DNA of 25,093 nt from Bacteroidia bacterium (lineage in GTDB: Bacteria; Bacteroidota; Bacteroidia; Bacteroidales; VadinHA17): the NCBI GenBank assembly GCA_026391215.1, contig JAPLDX010000132.1, positions 1-25,093 on the forward strand. The letters are read 5' to 3'. Under the pieces are notes generated by a model that was given only the letters and a program-made list of their open reading frames with translations, was not told the origin of the DNA and did not search any database. Made by a program: the position numbers and the translations under genes. Each line of letters begins with the position of its first letter. The first letter of the stretch is position 1. Positions 1-8,706 of this stretch are shown here, in pieces.

Positions 1-281
1 ACTTCTCCCTTATGAAGGTCAGGGGAGACCTGGTAACTGACGATCTTGCAGGCTCCTATGGATTGATATATTTTGATGCGTTCGGTCCTGAGAAACAGCC
101 TGAAATGTGGACTAAAAGTGTTGTTAGTAAAATTGCGGGAATAACTGACAGGAATGGAGTATTTGTCACATATTCCTCAAAAGGTGAGGTAAAAAGGAAT
201 CTCAGGGATTGTGGTTTTAAGGTAACTTTGCTTCCGGGGCCTCCGGGCAAAAGGCATTATATAAAGGCAATTAAAATTTGA
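1..281 (+). CDS. mnmD: tRNA mnm5s2U34 methyltransferase MnmD-like (5' end outside window)
   Basis: Motifs LIYFDAFGPEKQPEMW, TYSSKGEVKRNL and GFxVxxLPGPPGKR are typical of the MnmC methyltransferase domain and stand-alone MnmD. The frame is open back to the window start. Confidence 0.85.
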   Translation, partial: FSLMKVRGDLVTDDLAGSYGLIYFDAFGPEKQPEMWTKSVVSKIAGITDRNGVFVTYSSKGEVKRNLRDCGFKVTLLPGPPGKRHYIKAIKI

Positions 282-320
282 AAAATGTTATTAAAGGCTT
301 TTTTACTTTGCTCAAAGTGT

Positions 321-328
321 TAACTTTG
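321..328 (+). promoter_or_regulatory. Bacteroidota sigma-A -7 element (TAACTTTG) upstream of the FKBP gene
   Basis: Exact TAnnTTTG match 27 nt upstream of the ATG at 356. No well-spaced -33 TTTG is seen. Confidence 0.55.
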
Positions 329-355
329 CGAAAATTCTAATTAAAAATATTCAAT

Positions 356-1069
356 ATGAAAATTAAGGGATTATTGGTACTCTCAATTGTAATGGCCATG
401 CTACTTGGCTCCTGTTCGAAAAGCGCAGTAAAATCCGTTAAAATGAAAAGTGATGAAGATTCACTTGCTTATGCATTAGGCACTATTTATTATAATGGAC
501 TGATTGCTGACAGCCTGAATCTGAATCCGCTTCTGATAGCCAAGGCAATGCTTGATGGGAAAGACGGGAAAACAGTTATGACCGAAGAGAGTGCAAGAAA
601 TTACATCATGGTATTCGTTAATGCTCGCGAACGCGAAAAAACCGCAAAGAAAGCTGAAGATAATTTAGTTTTATATAAAGACTATATTGCAGAGAATGAA
701 GCATTTCTGGTTAAGAACAAGGAAAGATCAGAAATTACTGTTACTGCAAGCGGCCTTCAGTATGAAGTTATAAAGATGGGTACGGGTCCCAAACCGACTA
801 CCGACAATGTTGTTAAGGTTCATTATGTAGGAACTCTTATTGATGGTACAGAATTCGATTCCTCGATTAAAGAAGGTGAACCTGTTGTATTCCCGCTTTC
901 CGGAGTTATCCCCGGTTGGACAGAAGCCCTTCAGCTCATGCCTGTAGGTTCGAAGTTCAGGATCTATCTTCCGCAAAGTATAGCTTACGGTGCAAATGAA
1001 GCAGGTGATCAGATCAAACCATATTCCACACTCATTTTTGAAGTTGAGCTTCTTGAAATTGTTGAGTAA
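356..1069 (+). CDS. FKBP-type peptidyl-prolyl isomerase (FkpA/FklB-like, with N-terminal dimerisation domain), probable lipoprotein
   Basis: TASGLQY, VKVHYVGTLIDGTEFDSS, VIPGWTEALQLM and IKPYSTLIFEVELL motifs. N-terminal hydrophobic signal with lipobox LLGSC. Confidence 0.95.
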   Translation: MKIKGLLVLSIVMAMLLGSCSKSAVKSVKMKSDEDSLAYALGTIYYNGLIADSLNLNPLLIAKAMLDGKDGKTVMTEESARNYIMVFVNAREREKTAKKAEDNLVLYKDYIAENEAFLVKNKERSEITVTASGLQYEVIKMGTGPKPTTDNVVKVHYVGTLIDGTEFDSSIKEGEPVVFPLSGVIPGWTEALQLMPVGSKFRIYLPQSIAYGANEAGDQIKPYSTLIFEVELLEIVE

Positions 1070-1528
1070 ATGATAAACGCTGAAATTCATACCGCTAAGG
1101 GTGTGATGAAAGTAGATTTCTTCGATAAAGACGCACCCGGTACAGTTGAAAATTTTATCAAACTTGCAAAGAGTGGTTTCTATGACGGGCTGGCATTTCA
1201 TCGTGTCATTCCAGATTTCGTTATCCAGGGAGGCTGCCCGTTTTCGAAGGACCTTAAAGACCCAAGGGTAGGTACAGGCGGGCCGGGATACAAGATAAAA
1301 TGTGAACTAAAAGGTGAAAACCAGTATCACGACAGAGGAGTGCTCTCGATGGCTCATGCCGGAAGAGATACCGGGGGGTCGCAGTTCTTTATCTGTCACA
1401 GCAGGACCAATACAAAGCACCTCGACAGGCAACACACCTGCTTTGGCAAGGTATATGATGGCACTGATATCATTGACAAGATCCGGCAGGGAGACAAAAT
1501 TGAAAAAATTATCATTCACGAAGAATAA
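1070..1528 (+). CDS. Cyclophilin-type peptidyl-prolyl isomerase
   Basis: [36 protein letters not shown] and [12 protein letters not shown] motifs. The ATG directly follows the FKBP stop codon. Confidence 0.95.
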   Translation: MINAEIHTAKGVMKVDFFDKDAPGTVENFIKLAKSGFYDGLAFHRVIPDFVIQGGCPFSKDLKDPRVGTGGPGYKIKCELKGENQYHDRGVLSMAHAGRDTGGSQFFICHSRTNTKHLDRQHTCFGKVYDGTDIIDKIRQGDKIEKIIIHEE

Positions 1529-1534
1529 ACTCAG

Positions 1535-1915
1535 ATGGCATTTGAAACTTCAGGCAGGATCATCGACATCTCCCCTGTAAACCAGGTAAGCGATAAATTC
1601 AGAAAACGTGAATTTGTCATTGAGAAAAAGGAGGCGGGAGGAGCTGCGGTATTTGTTGACTATGTTAAGTTCCAGCTGACTCAGGATAAATGTGAGCTAA
1701 TTAACGAATCATTTCTTAATGAGGATGTTAAGATATGGTTCAACCTGAGAGGCAATAAATGGGAACGGGACGGAAAGGTCAATTACTTCACCAATCTTGA
1801 TGTCTGGAAAATTGAAAAACTGTCAGCACAGGGAAGAGATCAGAATGCACCCTCAGACATCACTCTTGAGGATATACCTCCGGAAAATGATGAACTGAGC
1901 GACTTGCCATTCTGA
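1535..1915 (+). CDS. DUF3127 family protein (OB-fold/SSB-like, acidic C-terminal tail)
   Basis: FRKREFVIE, VKFQLTQDKC, FNLRGNKW and YFTNLDVWKIE pattern. Ends in ELSDLPF. Confidence 0.85.
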   Translation: MAFETSGRIIDISPVNQVSDKFRKREFVIEKKEAGGAAVFVDYVKFQLTQDKCELINESFLNEDVKIWFNLRGNKWERDGKVNYFTNLDVWKIEKLSAQGRDQNAPSDITLEDIPPENDELSDLPF

Positions 1916-1928
1916 AAAGAAAATATTT

Positions 1929-3983
1929 ATGAATCCGCTCCTCCAGGACTGGAACACACCTTTTAAAACTCCGCCTTTCCATTCTATTGAGACTGCTCAT
2001 TTCAAACCGGCGGTGGAGGAGTCTATCAGGTCAGCTTCAGAAGAAATAAAAACAATTGCAGAAAATCCGGAGCCTCCGGATTTTGAGAATACAATTGCAG
2101 CACTTGACAGAACAGGCAACAAGCTGGGAGATGTCACAGCTGTTCTTTTTAATCTCAACAGCGCTGAAACAAATAAAGATCTGCAGGAAGTCACAAGGGA
2201 CGTCTCTCCTGTCCTTGCACGCTTCTCCAACGATATAACGCTGAATGAAAAGCTTTTCGCCAGAGTAAAGTCAGTATATGATTCCATGGGATCATCAGGA
2301 CTGACAACTGAACAGAAGATGCTTGTTGAAAAGAATCACAGGAATTTTATTCTCGGCGGTGCAGGGCTTGATGAAAAGTCGAAGAAACGCTTCAGGGAGA
2401 TTTCAGAAGAGCTTTCCCGTTTGTCAGTAAGATTTGAAGAAAACATACTGGAAGATACCAACTCATTCGAACTCCATATCACTGACAGGGATGATATTTC
2501 AGGCTTGCCTGAAGGAACATTGGAGATGGCAGCCATGGAAGCAAAAGACAGGAAGAAAGAGGGCTGGATCTTCACTCTTCACTTCCCAAGCTATATTCCT
2601 TTTATGCAATATTGTGATAAGAGCCTCCTCAGGGAGAAAATGTACAAAGCCTATACTTCAAGGGCATTCCACGGAGATAAAAGCGATAACAGGGAATTGG
2701 TAAGGGAAATAGTCAACCTGCGTGTAGAACTAGCCAATATACTGGGATTCAATAACTTTGCGGATTTGACTCTTGGCGACAGGATGGCTGATACAACCAT
2801 GAAGGTCGAAACATTTTTCAATGAGCTCCATAGTGCCTCAAAACCTGCTGCCATAAGGGATCATGACAACCTTAAAAAGTTTGCCCTGGAAACCGGAAAC
2901 AAAGATGAAGTTGAGAGATGGGACTGGGCTTATTATTCGGAAAAGCTCAGGAAGGCAAAATATGACATCGATGATGAAGTCCTTAAGCCATTTTTTGTTC
3001 TGGAAAATACAGAGACAGCAATATTCAACCTTGCCACAACACTTTATGGAGTCAGATTCGTGAGGAATGAAACAATACAGGTTTACCATCAGGAAGTGAA
3101 GGCCTGGGAGGTTCATGATGCCGATAATTCTTTTCTGGCTGTCCTTTATACGGATTACTTCCCAAGAGCAGGTAAAAACGGCGGCGCATGGATGACTGCA
3201 TACCGTGAACAAAGACAGGAATATGGAAAAGATGTAAGACCTATCATATCCATAGTTGCCAATTTTACAAGACCTACTGAAACAAAGCCTTCTCTTCTTA
3301 CTTTCAACGAGGTTACAACTTTTCTTCACGAGTTTGGTCATGCTCTTCACGGGATGCTTACAAAATGCACCTATGAAAGTCTTTCCGGAACAAGTGTTGC
3401 ACGCGATTTTGTTGAGCTCCCTTCACAGTTCATGGAGAATTTTGCATTTGAGAAAGAATGGTTATCATCATGGGCAGTTCACTACAAAACCGGCGAAAAG
3501 ATCACTGATCAAATTATTACCAGGATAAGGGAATCTTCAACATTTAACGAAGGCTATGCCTGCAACAGGCAACTGGGTTTCGGATTTCTGGATATGGCAT
3601 GGCACACGATAACCGCACCAGTAACGGACGATATAGCGGCATTTGAATATACAGCTATGGAAAATACCGAGCTGTTTCCTCCTGTAACCGGTTCAAATAT
3701 GAGCGCCTCGTTCAGCCATATTTTTGGTGGAGGATATGCTGCCGGCTATTACGGGTACAAATGGGCTGAAGTACTTGATGCTGATGCTTTTTTGCATTTC
3801 AGGGAAACGGGTATTTTTAACAGCGAAACTGCAGGATCATTCAGGAAGAACATTCTCGAGAAAGGAGGAACTGATAAGCCGATGAACCTTTATATAAGCT
3901 TCAGGGGCAAGGAGCCGACCATAGATGCTTTTCTTGAACGAAGCGGATTGAATGACCCCCCTGCCCCCCTTAAGGGGGGTTGA
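1929..3983 (+). CDS. dcp: M3 family metallopeptidase (peptidyl-dipeptidase Dcp / oligopeptidase A-like)
   Basis: NPLL...PPF N-terminus, RAGKNGGAWM, FLHEFGHALH zinc motif, DFVELPSQFMEN and GGYAAGYYGYKWAEVLDADAF. Confidence 0.92.
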   Translation: MNPLLQDWNTPFKTPPFHSIETAHFKPAVEESIRSASEEIKTIAENPEPPDFENTIAALDRTGNKLGDVTAVLFNLNSAETNKDLQEVTRDVSPVLARFSNDITLNEKLFARVKSVYDSMGSSGLTTEQKMLVEKNHRNFILGGAGLDEKSKKRFREISEELSRLSVRFEENILEDTNSFELHITDRDDISGLPEGTLEMAAMEAKDRKKEGWIFTLHFPSYIPFMQYCDKSLLREKMYKAYTSRAFHGDKSDNRELVREIVNLRVELANILGFNNFADLTLGDRMADTTMKVETFFNELHSASKPAAIRDHDNLKKFALETGNKDEVERWDWAYYSEKLRKAKYDIDDEVLKPFFVLENTETAIFNLATTLYGVRFVRNETIQVYHQEVKAWEVHDADNSFLAVLYTDYFPRAGKNGGAWMTAYREQRQEYGKDVRPIISIVANFTRPTETKPSLLTFNEVTTFLHEFGHALHGMLTKCTYESLSGTSVARDFVELPSQFMENFAFEKEWLSSWAVHYKTGEKITDQIITRIRESSTFNEGYACNRQLGFGFLDMAWHTITAPVTDDIAAFEYTAMENTELFPPVTGSNMSASFSHIFGGGYAAGYYGYKWAEVLDADAFLHFRETGIFNSETAGSFRKNILEKGGTDKPMNLYISFRGKEPTIDAFLERSGLNDPPAPLKGG

Positions 3984-4086
3984 AACCCATACTGGTCCTT
4001 ATGAAATATGATATGGGTTTATAGCCCCCCTTCAGGGGGGATGGGGGGTAGAAAAGTCAATGGGGATGGGGGGTCGACAAGTCAAT
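3954..4086. repeat. REP-like G/C-tract inverted-repeat element with a 25-bp tandem duplication
   Basis: ACCCCCCTGCCCCCCTTAAGGGGGG (3955-3979) and CCCCCCTTCAGGGGGGATGGGGGGT (4025-4049) form an inverted pair, each with an internal C6-N4-G6 palindrome. Inner IR AAACCCATA (3983-3991) / TATGGGTTT (4012-4020). Direct repeat 4037-4061 vs 4062-4086 is 23/25 identical. Confidence 0.85.
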
Positions 4087-4188
4087 GGTCAAGAACTGAG
4101 AAATGCAAACATATATTATATTTACCAGTTCTTATTAAATTGAAGCATCTCTTTAACATATTATAAATCAATATATTAATTATTATAA

Positions 4189-7100
4189 ATGATTCTCTTC
4201 TTCAAAGGCTCCGCTAATACCATTTTAGCAGCCGGAGTTATAAAAAAGCTGTTAAAGAAAGATATTGAAAAGCTATGCTGGCTCTTCAGCAATGCAGCTA
4301 AGCTTGATTCTGAAACAGTTAAAGGTACCTTCATCGGACCTCGCAAGGAGATGATAACTCCCTGGAGCACCAACGCCGTTGAGATCACGCAGAATATGGG
4401 AATTACCGGTATAACCAGGATTGAAGAATTCCATCCTTCGGGGAAGAATCCGATATGGGACCCAATGCTTCAGTCCATATACAAAGACCTCGACCAGCAT
4501 ATTTTCAAAATTGACAGACTGCCTGAACCGGTAATATACATTGATGATATAAAGGAATACAACGACAAAGAAGGTCTTGCACTGAGCAATGAAGAAATAA
4601 AATATCTGCATAAGCTCAGCACCAGGATCGGCAGAAAATTGACTGACAGTGAAATATTCGGATTCTCGCAGGTCAATTCTGAACACTGCCGTCACAAGAT
4701 ATTTAACGGAATGTTTGTCATAGACGGTAAAGAAAAGGAAGCCTCACTTTTCCAGCTGATCAAGCTGACAACAAAGGTTAATCACAACAAAGTAGTTTCA
4801 GCATATAAGGATAACTGTGCTTTCATAAGCGGTCCTGTTGTTGAGCAATTTGCCCCGGTCACCCAGGACAAGGCTGATTTCTTCAAAATAACAGACTATG
4901 AATCAGTACTTTCACTTAAAGCTGAAACACATAATTTTCCTACCACAGTAGAGCCCTTCAATGGAGCTTCAACAGGTACCGGTGGTGAGATCAGGGACCG
5001 TATTGCGGGAGGCAAGGGGGCCTTTCCAATTGCAGGTACTGCGGTTTATATGACTTCCTATCCCCGCCCTGATGGTGCACGCAAGTGGGAAAAGAAGACT
5101 AAAGAGAGATCCTGGCTTTACCAGACACCTGAAGATATACTTATCAAAGCATCTAACGGTGCCAGTGATTTTGGCAATAAATTCGGACAGCCGCTGATCT
5201 GCGGATCGCTTTTCACATTCGAACATTTTGAAAATCTTAAAAAATACGGCTACGATAAAGTTATTATGCTGGCCGGAGGAATAGGTATCGGCAAGAAAAA
5301 TGACAGTGAAAAAGACATCCCCGAAAAAGGAGACATAATAGTTCTCCTCGGAGGAGACAACTACAGGATCGGTATGAGCGGAGGAGCCGTATCTTCAGTA
5401 GAAACAGGCAGATATGACAGCTCCATAGAACTGAATGCTGTCCAGAGAGCAAATCCCGAAATGCAGAAAAGGATATACAATGCCATCAGGGCTCTTGGTG
5501 AATCGGAAAATAGTCCTGTTATATCGATACATGATCACGGTGCGGGCGGACATCTTAATTGCCTATCAGAGCTGGTAGAGTCAACAGGAGGAAGAATTGA
5601 TATCTGCAAGCTTCCGGTGGGTGATCCTACGCTTTCGGCAAAAGAAATAATAGGCAACGAATCGCAGGAACGTATAGGACTGATAATGAATAAATTATCA
5701 ATTGATACGTTAAAAAAGATTGCTGAAAGGGAAAGAGCCCCTATGTACATCATCGGAGAAGTAACAGGTGATCACCAGTTCACAATGATAAATCCGATAA
5801 CAGGCGAAAAGCCAATTGATATTAAGCTTGAATCTCTCTTTGGCAATCCCCCGAAAACAGTCTTAACCGATAATACTGTCAGAACCGGCTACAGGAAAGT
5901 ATCATATGATATTATCCATATCAATGAATATGCAGAGATGGTTCTGCAGATAGAGGAAGTGGCGTGCAAAGACTGGCTCACAAATAAAGTTGACAGGTCG
6001 GTGACCGGCAGGATAGCCAAACAACAATGTGCTGGTCCTCTTCAGCTTCCGCTGAACAACTTGGGAGTCATTACTCTTGATTACAGGGGGAAACACGGGA
6101 TGGCCACATCACTTGGTCACGCTCCGGCTGCCGGGCTGGTTGATCCGGCTGCAGGTTCCGTCTTATCTATTGCTGAGGCCCTGACAAACATTATCTGGGC
6201 ACCGCTTACCGGCAAAATAAAGGGTGTTTCACTTTCAGCAAACTGGGTATGGCCATGCAGGAATCCAGGGGAAGATGCCAGGCTTTACATTGCGGTTAAA
6301 GCTGCCAGTGATTTCGCCATCAGACTGGGGATTAATATACCTACAGGCAAAGACAGTCTCTCAATGACGCAAAAATACAATGACCAGGTGGTACTCTCAC
6401 CCGGAACCCTGATAATTTCGGCATCTGCTGAAGTAAAGGATGTTCGCAAAATTGTAGAACCGGTCATAGTTAATGATCCCTATACCAGCCTTTTCTATAT
6501 TGACATGAGCAAGGATGATTTTAAGACAGGAGGAAGCAGTTTTGCCCAGGTACTGAACAGGCTGGGAAATGATGTCCCCACAGTGAAGGATCCTGTTTAT
6601 TTTGCTGAAGTATTTAATACAATACAGGAACTGATATCCGGGAACAAGATCCTTGCCGGTCATGACATATCGGCTGGAGGAATGCTAACAACACTTCTTG
6701 AAATGTGCTTCTCAAACACTTCGGGAGGAATAACGATCAACCTTTCAGCCCTGGATGAAAAAGATACAATAAAAATGCTTTTCAGTCAGAATCCCGGAAT
6801 ATTGATCCAGGTGAAGGATGAGAATGAAGTGGCCGAAATACTGCTGGAACATGGCATATCTTACTTTTCTATAGGACATCCTGTAGATGAAAGATCACTT
6901 TTTATCACCAGCAATAATTATAAAATAAAATTTGATATTGACGAGCTCAGGGATAAATGGTTTATCACCTCATTTCTTCTCGACCGGAAACAATGCGGAG
7001 AGAAACTTGCAGCCGAACGGTTCAGGAATTATAAGAACAATAATCTGAAAATCAATATTGGTGATTTCCCCGGAACTTTTAAATCTCTCGGTATCTCACC

Positions 7101-7887
7101 TGAAAGAAGGAAGAAAAGTGGAATCAGGGCAGCGATCATCAGGGAGAAGGGTGTGAACGGCGACAGGGAAATGGCATATGCTCTTTATCTTGCCGGATTT
7201 GATGTGAAGGATGTTCACATGACAGACCTGATCTCGGGCAGGGAAAATCTTGAGGAATTGAGCATGATAGTCTTTGTGGGCGGATTTTCAAACTCTGATG
7301 TTCTTGGTTCTGCAAAGGGCTGGGCCGGTGCATTCATGTACAATAGCAAGGCACAGTCATCCCTCAAAAAATTCTACAAAAGAACTGATACTCTATCCCT
7401 TGGCGTCTGTAACGGATGCCAGCTGATGGCCGAGCTGGGGCTGATTTATCCGGAGCATTTGAAGATGCCAAAGCTTCTGCGTAACAGGTCCGGCAAATTT
7501 GAATCTGCATTTCTCGGAGTCAGGATATTGCCTAATAAATCGGTTATGCTTGGCAATATGTCAGGAATGGAACTTGGTATCTGGGTTGCGCACGGAGAGG
7601 GACAGTTTAGTCTTCCCTATCCCGAAAAGAAGTATAATATCCCTTTAAAATATTCCGGTCACACATATCCGGCAAATCCTAACGGCTCCGATTATGACGT
7701 GGCAGGCTTATGTTCTGATGATGGCCGCCATCTGGTAGTTATGCCGCATCTTGAACGGGCATATCTCCCATGGCAATGCGGTTATTATCCTGACGGAAGG
7801 AAAAATGATGAAGTCACACCATGGATACAGGCATTTGTAAATGCCAGGGAATGGATAGAATCAGCGGCGGGTGACAGGCGTAAATGA
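4189..7887 (+). CDS. purL: Phosphoribosylformylglycinamidine synthase, large single-chain type
   Basis: NSEHCRHKIFN, KAETHNFPT, IHDHGAGG and ESQER motifs. C-terminal glutamine amidotransferase domain with GGFSNSDVLG, LGVCNGCQL and MPHLER. Confidence 0.98.
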   Translation: MILFFKGSANTILAAGVIKKLLKKDIEKLCWLFSNAAKLDSETVKGTFIGPRKEMITPWSTNAVEITQNMGITGITRIEEFHPSGKNPIWDPMLQSIYKDLDQHIFKIDRLPEPVIYIDDIKEYNDKEGLALSNEEIKYLHKLSTRIGRKLTDSEIFGFSQVNSEHCRHKIFNGMFVIDGKEKEASLFQLIKLTTKVNHNKVVSAYKDNCAFISGPVVEQFAPVTQDKADFFKITDYESVLSLKAETHNFPTTVEPFNGASTGTGGEIRDRIAGGKGAFPIAGTAVYMTSYPRPDGARKWEKKTKERSWLYQTPEDILIKASNGASDFGNKFGQPLICGSLFTFEHFENLKKYGYDKVIMLAGGIGIGKKNDSEKDIPEKGDIIVLLGGDNYRIGMSGGAVSSVETGRYDSSIELNAVQRANPEMQKRIYNAIRALGESENSPVISIHDHGAGGHLNCLSELVESTGGRIDICKLPVGDPTLSAKEIIGNESQERIGLIMNKLSIDTLKKIAERERAPMYIIGEVTGDHQFTMINPITGEKPIDIKLESLFGNPPKTVLTDNTVRTGYRKVSYDIIHINEYAEMVLQIEEVACKDWLTNKVDRSVTGRIAKQQCAGPLQLPLNNLGVITLDYRGKHGMATSLGHAPAAGLVDPAAGSVLSIAEALTNIIWAPLTGKIKGVSLSANWVWPCRNPGEDARLYIAVKAASDFAIRLGINIPTGKDSLSMTQKYNDQVVLSPGTLIISASAEVKDVRKIVEPVIVNDPYTSLFYIDMSKDDFKTGGSSFAQVLNRLGNDVPTVKDPVYFAEVFNTIQELISGNKILAGHDISAGGMLTTLLEMCFSNTSGGITINLSALDEKDTIKMLFSQNPGILIQVKDENEVAEILLEHGISYFSIGHPVDERSLFITSNNYKIKFDIDELRDKWFITSFLLDRKQCGEKLAAERFRNYKNNNLKINIGDFPGTFKSLGISPERRKKSGIRAAIIREKGVNGDREMAYALYLAGFDVKDVHMTDLISGRENLEELSMIVFVGGFSNSDVLGSAKGWAGAFMYNSKAQSSLKKFYKRTDTLSLGVCNGCQLMAELGLIYPEHLKMPKLLRNRSGKFESAFLGVRILPNKSVMLGNMSGMELGIWVAHGEGQFSLPYPEKKYNIPLKYSGHTYPANPNGSDYDVAGLCSDDGRHLVVMPHLERAYLPWQCGYYPDGRKNDEVTPWIQAFVNAREWIESAAGDRRK

Positions 7888-8412
7888 AACTGAGATAAGC
7901 TTGGCTATATCAGCAGCGGAAGATCCGGTTACCTTAAAATCCTTCGGGAGTATCATTTCACTTGTGACCTGGATATAGAATTGGCCGGTATCCTGCAGAT
8001 ACAGGGAACCGATAAATGAATCTGCCCTGAAATAAGGTGATGTCACATCGGATGAATTCATAAAAACCTTATCGCAATCAGGACGTGCCTGGATCATTTT
8101 ATCCTGAACGTTAACCATCACCGGATTTTTATATTTCAGATCATTTGTATCCAAAGTAGCACTTGTTATCCATACATTATAACGTCCTGATTTTGAAACA
8201 ACAACATTCCATTCTGCGGTATTATCTGCTCGATCGTCCATATCTAAATAGCAGTCTGCCTTATCCAGCTTCAAGGAAATTGTTCCGTCTTCACGTTGTC
8301 TTATTGTTTCAGCACCATCCTTAATTTCCGGTGTTGTAGTCTTACATGAAATAAGAAGGCTGATAGCTGCTATTGCCAATAACCCTGATTTAGCCCTTTC
8401 AATTCTTATCAT
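7861..8412 (-). CDS. Hypothetical lipoprotein, possibly a beta-sandwich (CBM-like) domain
   Basis: 183-aa ORF with signal peptide and lipobox LLISC. AEWNVVVSKSGRYNVWI resembles CBM6/35-like strands (weak). The 3' end overlaps the purL 3' end by 27 bp. Confidence 0.7.
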   Translation of the reverse strand: MIRIERAKSGLLAIAAISLLISCKTTTPEIKDGAETIRQREDGTISLKLDKADCYLDMDDRADNTAEWNVVVSKSGRYNVWITSATLDTNDLKYKNPVMVNVQDKMIQARPDCDKVFMNSSDVTSPYFRADSFIGSLYLQDTGQFYIQVTSEMILPKDFKVTGSSAADIAKLISVSFTPVTRR

Positions 8413-8598
8413 TCGCGCTTATATCGTTAAATTAATAATCCTCGTAAATAGAACACTGCAAAAATTATTCCATTGTTCTGATTTTGGAAGAATTTGCAAA
8501 TTAAATTTAAATATTCCGATTATAAAAATGCTGATATAGGATTGACGAATTTAAAAGTCTTTCTTACCTTCTCATTATTAATATAACCATCAAATAAC

Positions 8599-8631
8599 TT
8601 GTTATTATCCAGTTATTAATGTATATCTTTG
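8599..8631 (+). promoter_or_regulatory. Candidate sigma-A promoter for the 8707-13646 operon
   Basis: TATCTTTG (8624-8631) matches TAnnTTTG. TTG at 8599-8601 is a possible -33 element. Lies in a very AT-rich divergent intergenic region. Confidence 0.5.
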
Positions 8632-8706
8632 ATTATGTTACATGATAGATTATAGAAGTATACTGCTTCACTATTAATCTCATAATAAATCAAAATATAA
8701 GATCTC

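Noticed and set aside
4087-4188. Purine or ZTP riboswitch upstream of purL
   Set aside because: The leader is extremely AT-rich with no recognisable aptamer or terminator.
728-7333. Many short antisense or alternate-frame ORFs within the PPIase, dcp and purL genes, and likewise within the hdr genes
   Set aside because: They fully overlap well-supported genes and show no recognisable motifs.
7861-7887. 27-bp convergent overlap of purL and the lipoprotein gene as a regulatory device
   Set aside because: Short tail-to-tail overlaps are common, and no further supporting signal is seen.
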